64,000 nucleotides of DNA from the human T2T-CHM13v2.0 reference genome, Homo sapiens: NCBI RefSeq assembly GCF_009914755.1, contig NC_060930.1; one strand, 5' to 3'. How positions within the stretch are numbered: position 1 is the first letter of the stretch; each line of letters begins with the position of its first letter. Below, in pieces: positions 14,036 through 64,000 of this stretch. The notes below the pieces were generated by a model. It ran no database searches and was not told the DNA's origin. It was given only the letters and a program-made list of their open reading frames with translations. The translations under genes and the position numbers were made by a program.

Positions 14036-15518
14036 GGGTTTTCAGGCTGAGCTCTGAAAGGACCACCTGTAGAAAGGTGGGAAGTGTGGGCTAATAAGTG
14101 TTCTTTGCCCTGACTCTCCAATTCAACTGCAACAGCTCTGCCTTTAATTTTACTACATATACGGTTTCAATTAGCTTTTATGCGAAGAAAGCTAAAAGTA
14201 TGAAAATCACTAAAATTATGCCTCCAATCTACAAATAGTAACTTTTGATAAAAACAATCCCTTATCAGTGGAGCTTAAGAAAAGGAAATAAAACACAACA
14301 CAAATTTTACTATGGTCAAAATGGAGCCTTTTTCCCCTTCCTAAAAGATAAGCTACATGTATTTTGGTATGAAACCTTAATCTTCCTTAGAACCTAAGCG
14401 TTATACATAACAGGCATGTTGAACGCATTATTGAACCTTAAATAAATTAGGAGGACTTGAATTTTCTACTAAGACCACTCTGTAAACTTTCCTAATTATT
14501 AATGGCCATCTTAAGAGTTAATTTTTTCACCAATTAATCTGCGCTTAGGTAAAATATTGCCAGATAGCCAGATTTTCCTTTGCCAATAACAATCTGTATA
14601 TGCAGCACTGTTCTGAAAGAGGAAACAGGTAACATTGATGATATAATCAAAATAGTTACTATACAGGAAAAGTATATGAAAATTAAAATAATTATCTGCT
14701 TAGGATGGTGAGAAATATTTTAGCTTTTAGTATTGAACATTTCGATTTATGGCAGCTTTGTTCCCTTTTAAAATTGGAAGCAGCATCAAAAATACCAATA
14801 TGGAAAAAAAGCTAGTAGTGCTTTGGCTTCTTTTAAAGCCAGTAATTCTTGAGAAATAAATGCAAGAAGATTAAATAGATTAAATATTCCATGGGGCGGG
14901 GGGTGGGGGGGGAAGATAAATGCATTATTTTTCCTTCTGACAAACATATTAATATTTTTTCAACCCTGTATTCCTTAGTTTCAGGATGTGAATTATACAG
15001 ATTATCATTAGCCTAGGAACACTCACCAACACGATGGCTTAATTTCTCTAGCTTATTTTCTACCAAAAACGAGGTTATGAGGGGAAAAAAGAGCTCTGTA
15101 AAATAGGGGGTATGTTTCATATTTGGTTAAAGCAAGATAAAACTAAAACTGTCTTTCAAAAAAATTTCAAAAACTCTTGTATTTTAAAATTATTTAGCAT
15201 ATATACAAATAGATACCAGGTTTCTCCTTTTAAACAAAGCACTACTTATTTTAAGTACTTTAAGTACCAAGAACTGACTATAATATTCAGTTCATAATTT
15301 ACTTTCCTTATAACAATTTTTTTCTAAATACTGATTTAAACGGCTGGAATAAATTAACATTTTAAAAGGATTTCCCATAATTTAGGAAAATAAAATATTG
15401 TACACAGAGCACACATATATAGCTCTGTCATATTTGCATAATTTTACTCTCAGAACCTCAAAACACCTCGCATTTCAGGCCCTTTTACAAATCCTCATTA
15501 CATTTATTTACTAGTGTG

Positions 15519-55902
<40,384 letters not shown>

Positions 55903-56042
55903 GAAAACATCTATATATGTAGCCCACACGAAGGACTTCTTTATTTGATAGATCCAGAGCTTTCTTCTGAGCAAAAGTGAAAATGATGCTTCAAGGAAGT
56001 CCCCAGGACTGTTAAAATTCTTTACAATATAAATAATTAACT
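55903..56042 (-). other. LATS1: LATS1 exon 2 5'UTR portion (140 nt)
   Basis: Strong polypyrimidine tract and acceptor ...ttctttctttcttttacag| upstream of 56042. Confidence 0.85.
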
Positions 56043-56324
56043 CTGTAAAAGAAAGAAAGAAAGGAAAGCTATAAAGTGGTTAATACAGCAGTACCATGTA
56101 TTAGAGGAAAAGTCCATTGATATAGGGGTTAAGAGATTCAGGTTATAGTTCTGACTCCATTAAGGATTACTCCGGGTTCAGGACAAGTTACTTAATCTCT
56201 CCATGCCTACTTCCTAGCCTATAACCTAGATTTACCTCAAATCGTAGCTATGATGATTTAAAAAAAAAAAAAAAGTTCCTTAGTAAGCATACTAAGCATT
56301 TATACAAATGCCAGGGATTATTAA

Positions 56325-56685
<361 letters not shown>

Positions 56686-56916
56686 TGATCCACCCACCTC
56701 AGCCTCCCAAAGTGCTGGGATTACAGGTGTGAGCCACCGCGCCCAGCCTTTTTTTTTTTGAGACAGAATCTTGCTCTACCACCCAGGCTAGAGTGCAGGA
56801 GTGTAGTGGTGCAACCTTGGCTCACTGCAACCTCCGCCTCTCAGGTTCAAGTGATTCTCATGCCTCAGCATCCCAAGTAGCTGTGATTACAGGTGTCTGC
56901 CACCACGCCCAGCTAA

Positions 56917-57054
<138 letters not shown>

Positions 57055-57146
57055 TAAAAAGATTTTTAAACCACTATTCCAGAAGGTCCCTTTATGCTTC
57101 AAAAACAGATGCCTGAGTTTATTTTCCAAGCTATGAACTAGGACTC

Positions 57147-57268
57147 TGATATGGTTTGGATCTGTGTCCCCACCAAATCTCATGTCGAACTTTAGTCCCC
57201 ACTCTTGAAGGTGGGGTCTGGTGGGAGGTGGTTGGATCTTGTGGATGAATCTCATGAATGGCTTAGCT
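57147..57268 (+). mobile_element. MST-type MaLR LTR 5' fragment
   Basis: tgatatggtttggatctgtgtccccaccaaatctcatgtcgaa start motif. Confidence 0.8.
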
Positions 57269-57754
57269 GGATATACAGTACTTCTCTGAGTACTAGAAAA
57301 GCACAGCACTTGTAATGGAAAGCAGCAACAAAAAATGAGATTCAAGTACTTGTTCAGGGGCCAGGCATGGTGGCTCAGGCCTATAATCACAACACTTGGG
57401 AGGCCAAGAAGGGAGGACTGCTTGAGCTCAGGAATTTGAGACCAGCCTGGGCAACATAGGGAGACCCTGTCTACATTAAAAAAAAAAATTACTTGTTCTG
57501 TTAATTAGTAGCAATGTGGACTTGGACATTTAATTCTCTGAAACTGACTCCTGAGACATAAAGTGGTTATCAACATCTAATAAATTGAACTAGGATTAAG
57601 AGGAACAATGCAACACAAGTAAAGGAATATACACACAAGTATGTGAAGATGTAGGCTGTTCCTCGCAACATCATTTATAACAGCAAAAGTTGACACCAGT
57701 CCAGATGTTCATCAGTGGAGGATTGTTCAAGTAATTCATAGTACATTTATATAA

Positions 57755-57957
<203 letters not shown>

Positions 57958-58661
57958 TAGTAGAGACAGGATTTATCCATGTTGGTCAGGCTGGTCTCGG
58001 ACTCCCGACCTCAGGTGATCCACCCACCTCAGCCTCCCAAAGTGCTGGGATTACAGGCGTGAGCCACTGTGGCCGGCAGAATGATGTAGTTCTATATAAT
58101 GTACAGATATAAACAGATAAGTAAATGTATCCTAAGCAAAAAAAGCAAATTCACCATACTGTATACAAAACTAACCTATTTTCTGTTCTAAAATTAGATT
58201 ACAATTTATTGCTGTGAAAATATGCTAAAAAAACACTTTAAATGGGTAAACTTAGGGGTTTTTTTTTTGTTTTTTTTTTTTGAGACAGGGTCTCATTCTG
58301 TTGCTCAGGCTGGAGTACAGTGGTTTGATCACAGCTCACTGCAGCCTCAACCTCCTGTGCTCATCCTCCTGCCTAAGCCTCCCAAGTAGCTGGGAATGCA
58401 GGAACATGCCACCCTGTCCAGCTAAGTTGTTAATTTTTTGTAAAACAAAGTCTCCCTATGTTGCTCAGGCTGGTCTTGAACTCCTGGGTTCAAGTGCTCA
58501 GGTAAGCCTCCTGCCTCAGCCTCCCAAAGTGGTGGGATTATAGGCATGAGCCACCCCACCTAGCCTGAGTAAACTTTATAGTATATAAATTGTATGTTAA
58601 TAAAGCTGTTAAAAATATACCCATTTTTAATTTTTTAAAATTTATATTTATAGAAATTAAT

Positions 58662-58664
<3 letters not shown>

Positions 58665-58712
<48 letters not shown>
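58665..58712 (+). repeat. (AC)24 microsatellite
   Basis: 48 bp of uninterrupted AC repeat. Confidence 0.97.
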
Positions 58713-58715
<3 letters not shown>

Positions 58716-59296
58716 TTGCAGCAGGCCTGAGACATGACGAAGCCCTGTAGCAGCCACTAGAGGTAGTTTCCTGATGACTTCACCTCATAAATCAGTGCTC
58801 TCATGGCACAATTGCTAAATTAGCTATGAATCAATCAAACTCTACTACAAGCAGCTCACATTTCTCCACTTTGAAAAAAAAAAAGATGAACTTTTTCATT
58901 GCCTGAAAATTGCACATATTCTATCTATAACATAATAATACATGAATAATATAATTATTTTGTAAATGAAATTAGGATGGACATACCATGTGCTTTTTAT
59001 GAAGGAAGCTGGTCCCTAAAGCATTTTCTTTTCTAAGCTTTCCCAAAATATTAATTTAATAGCTTACTAATGAGTTTTTCTAAGCTTAACATTTAGCTCG
59101 CCAGTCTAAAGTTTGCAGAATTCACCTCTGGCCCTTTCTAAAAGTGAAGATACTTTCTATATTAGGTCTTCTGAAACCTACCATTTCTCCATGATCAAGG
59201 ATTAACACTGTTGTGGAATCTTACATGTCAGTTCTTTTAGTATCTGGATTGCAATTCATTTATAGGATCTAGGTATTCTTTCAATATCTCACTTAC

Positions 59297-59364
59297 TTTG
59301 GGTTTCAACTCTAAGTTAATCATCACTTTATTATTATTGTTATTTTACCATTTCCAAGATCATT
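59297..59364 (-). other. Candidate 68-nt 5'UTR cassette exon in LATS1 intron 1
   Basis: Polypyrimidine tract of ~40 nt, then gtcag| acceptor. Donor AAA|gtaagt. Predicted from splice signals only. Confidence 0.4.
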
Positions 59365-59646
59365 CTGACAGAGAGAGAGAGAGAAAAAAAAAAGAAAAAA
59401 AGAAAAGAAACATAGTTTTGCTTCTGTCAAAATATTTGCTTCCATTTCCCTATAATGGGACCTGGTCACCAGTAGGTAGCGCAAAAATATTTGAACTTAC
59501 AAATGCAGGTAACTTGCCCCTTCTTTCTGCTGTTAAAAAAATACAGCATGCATCCTTATTGAAAAATTCAAGTATTTATATAAATATATACAGTAGGAAA
59601 AAGTAGAAGTCCCTCATAATTCACCTTCCTCAAGAGTGAGAATCAC

Positions 59647-60707
<1,061 letters not shown>

Positions 60708-60749
60708 ATCACTATTAATACTGAATATTCTAACATATACTACTATTAA

Positions 60750-61070
<321 letters not shown>

Positions 61071-61970
61071 TGAGCCACTGTGCCCGGCCGGACATCTCAT
61101 TCTTTTACATAATCATGGGGAATTATGAGAAGACAATGGGGTCTGGGGGTTTACGCCTGTAATCCCAATACTTTCAGAGGCCCAGGTGGGAGGATCACTT
61201 GAGGCAAGGAATTCAAGACAAGAAGAGAATGTATTGTTGCCCAAATTTATCTTATCTTACCTTTTCCCCCCATAACATTTCATGAGATTTACATTCCATG
61301 TAGTATACATTAGAAAACGCTGGACCAGAGAAATTCATTCTCTAGTCCTATAGGCTGATGTAACTCCTAACATTGAGTGCACAAAGGTCAGAGAAAGGAC
61401 TGAGTTCTGGTATATGTGTAACAATGTGTTTTAGGTTTAAATAACTGAAAACTTATTTTAAGCATATTTCTATCATCTACATGTTGAAAATACTTGTGGA
61501 TAAAATAAATAATGTCTGGAATTTATTTCAAAATAATTTGGTTGTGTGCTGAAGGGGTTGGGGATATAAATGAGACAGAAGTTTTCATTTGTTGAAAACT
61601 GTTGTAGCTGAGTAATGGGTATATGAGGGTTCACTGTACTAGTCTCTTTCTTCTTATTATTTATTTTTTAGAGACAGGGGCTCACCATGTTGCCCAGGCT
61701 AGTCTTGAACTCCTGGCATCAAGCAATCCTACTGCCTTGGCCTTTCTCTTTACTTTTGTGTATTCTTGAAGTTTTCCAAAATAGAGAGTTAAAAAAGAAA
61801 AAAAAAGGAAAGGAAATGACTGGATCCTAGAATGGTTCTGCTACAAATTCTTATTTAAATACATGCAATTAAAATACACAGGATTCATTTTAAAGAAACT
61901 ATTATTTCCATGAAACAATGTCACTTCATTTATCAGGGGAAATAACAGAAGCATTACATTTGAATATTCA

Positions 61971-62315
<345 letters not shown>

Positions 62316-62621
62316 CTATATTCACATACAGTACTCGACTCCATTTCCCAGATTTGGCCAAAGCTGGATGAGCAGATGTAACATATCTCAATTCTGGACT
62401 GAGGCAGTTAAAAGTCACTTTGCTTCGGTTTTCCTGCTTTAATGACAATGTAGGTTACATTCTGAGATGGTGGCTTGACAATATGGAAGGAAGGTGGATC
62501 CCTAAGCCACTGGATGGAGAACCCTACTGACTCCCACTGAACTCTGAGCAAGAGAAACATTTCTGTTGTGTTAAGCCATTGATATTTGGGGATTTGTTAC
62601 CACAAAACAGCCTAATAACAT

Positions 62622-62841
62622 TGTGAAAATAGACAAAGACTGCCCAAATGGAAACAAACAAAGGCTATTTAATTAGATCTTACTATATAGGTAGGGAGTC
62701 AGCCACTGTCAACTTGTGCTTGGCAAAGATTCAAAGGCAAGCAGGGGAGTGGGAAATCTTTATACTAAAAAAAGGGGGAAGACATCAGGTATGCTCTGAT
62801 TGTAGGTTGTTGGCATGGGAAACTGGAGGTGGGCTAACTGA
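62622..62841 (-). mobile_element. ERV LTR fragment (MER67-like, antisense), cut by the MER4 insertion
   Basis: aaggctatttaattag ... gggagtcagccac ... ctgattgtaggttgttggcatggg. Family assignment from memory and uncertain. Confidence 0.45.
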
Positions 62842-63443
62842 TGTAAACCAAAAATAAAATTCTAAGTCCTTCAACCATCTGAATGAACCCCTCCTCCCAG
62901 CCAAGAGCATTTGAAAGTTAACCTGAAAAACTAGTTCCAGCCATGATGGGAAGCGGAGTTTGGCCATACCTCATTATTCCCTCCTCCCTGTTGGAATTCA
63001 GGCACAGCTGACCAGCACTAACATTAAAACAAATCTTAAGACTGACAAAACAGACTCTCTGTAGCAATAAGATACCCAATTCCAGCCTGACTCTAGCATA
63101 GTATCACATGACAGATGGCAGGCCCTGAAAGAAATCCAAGTATTTGACCCCAAATTATGTTTCTTTGCCATATCTTCAAACAGTCCTGCAAAGCTGTCTC
63201 TTGTGCGGAAAATCTACATTCTGAAGTTAATTCCCTTCCTTTCTCAGGCCTTTTGCCTGATCCAGGAGAGAATCAACCCTGATAAGAAACATTTACAATG
63301 TATTATCTCTGAAGCCTGCCACCTGGAGGCTTCCTTTACATAATGGGAACTTTGGTCTCCACAACCCCTTACCTTGGCTCAGACATTCCTTCCTATTGAT
63401 TCTATCTGCATAATGGGAACCCTGGTCTCCACAACCCCTTATC

Positions 63444-63474
<31 letters not shown>

Positions 63475-64000
63475 TGGAGTCTCACTCTGTTGCCCAGGTT
63501 GGAATGCAGTGGCTTGATCTTGGCTCACCACAATCTCCGCCTCCCGGTTTCAAGTGATTCTCCTGCCTCAGCCTCCTGAGTAGCTGGGATTACAGGCGTG
63601 CGCTACCATGCCTCGCTAATTTTTGTATTTTTAGTAGAGATGGGGTTTCACTATGTTGGCCAAGCTGGTCTTGAACTCCTGACCTCGTGATCCACCTGCC
63701 TCGGCCTCCCAAGGTGTTGGGATTACAGGCGTGAGCCACTGTGCCTGCCCACAACCCCTTATCTTAACCTAGATACTCCCTTCTATTGATTCTAGGTCTT
63801 TAGACAGTAACAACTCTTTCGACCAACTGCCAATCAGAAAATCTGTGAATCTACCTATGACCTGGAAGCCATCTGCTTCAAGGTGTCTTCCTTTCTGGAC
63901 CTAACCAATGTACATCTTACATATACTGATTGATGTCTTATGTCTCCCTAAAATGTATAAAACCAAGCTGTAGTCTGATCACCTTGGGCACATGTTCTCA
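62842..64000 (+). mobile_element. MER4-group ERV1 LTR (MER4D/E-like), with an Alu inserted at 63443-63750; runs off the window
   Basis: TGTAAACCAAAAATAAAATTCTAAG start. Alu flanked by TSD cacaaccccttatctt. Confidence 0.8.

Larger units (their letters stand above)
11943..15518 (-). other. LATS1: LATS1 long AU-rich 3'UTR
   Basis: Largely unique AT-rich sequence continuing from the stop codon to an AATAAA at 11966-11961. The cleavage position is estimated. Confidence 0.75.

Overview
This is primate, almost certainly human, genomic DNA. Most of the window holds the Hippo-pathway kinase gene LATS1 on the minus strand. All seven coding exons can be rebuilt with GT-AG boundaries: 55902-55555, 48999-48852, 38378-36865, 34243-33661, 30514-30332, 30143-30037 and 16028-15519. 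Together they give 3393 nt (1130 aa plus stop), followed by a ~3.6 kb 3'UTR ending near 11943. LATS1 exon 1 and its promoter lie beyond the right edge. A CpG-island promoter and first non-coding exon at ~1900-2680 (minus strand) belong to the next gene, which from my recollection of the 6q25.1 locus is KATNA1. The rest is dominated by about 80 Alu copies or fragments, plus old L1M/L1PA, L2, MIR, MaLR and ERV1 LTR remnants. Nearly all short ORFs in the supplied track are Alu-derived artefacts. I see no evidence for a wholly new biological system. The most interesting signals concern LATS1 isoform and translation control: (1) a 95-nt intron-2 cassette exon that stops the main frame and restarts an in-frame 1025-aa protein 2 nt later; (2) an intron-4 read-through/poly(A) form lacking the kinase domain; (3) a 3-codon uORF overlapping the start codon; (4) a candidate 68-nt 5'UTR cassette exon. 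Unusual repeats include an SVA2-type retroposon with TSDs, an apparently near-full-length L2, an Alu micro-inversion, an Alu collapsed to 45 bp and a perfect 40-bp duplication.
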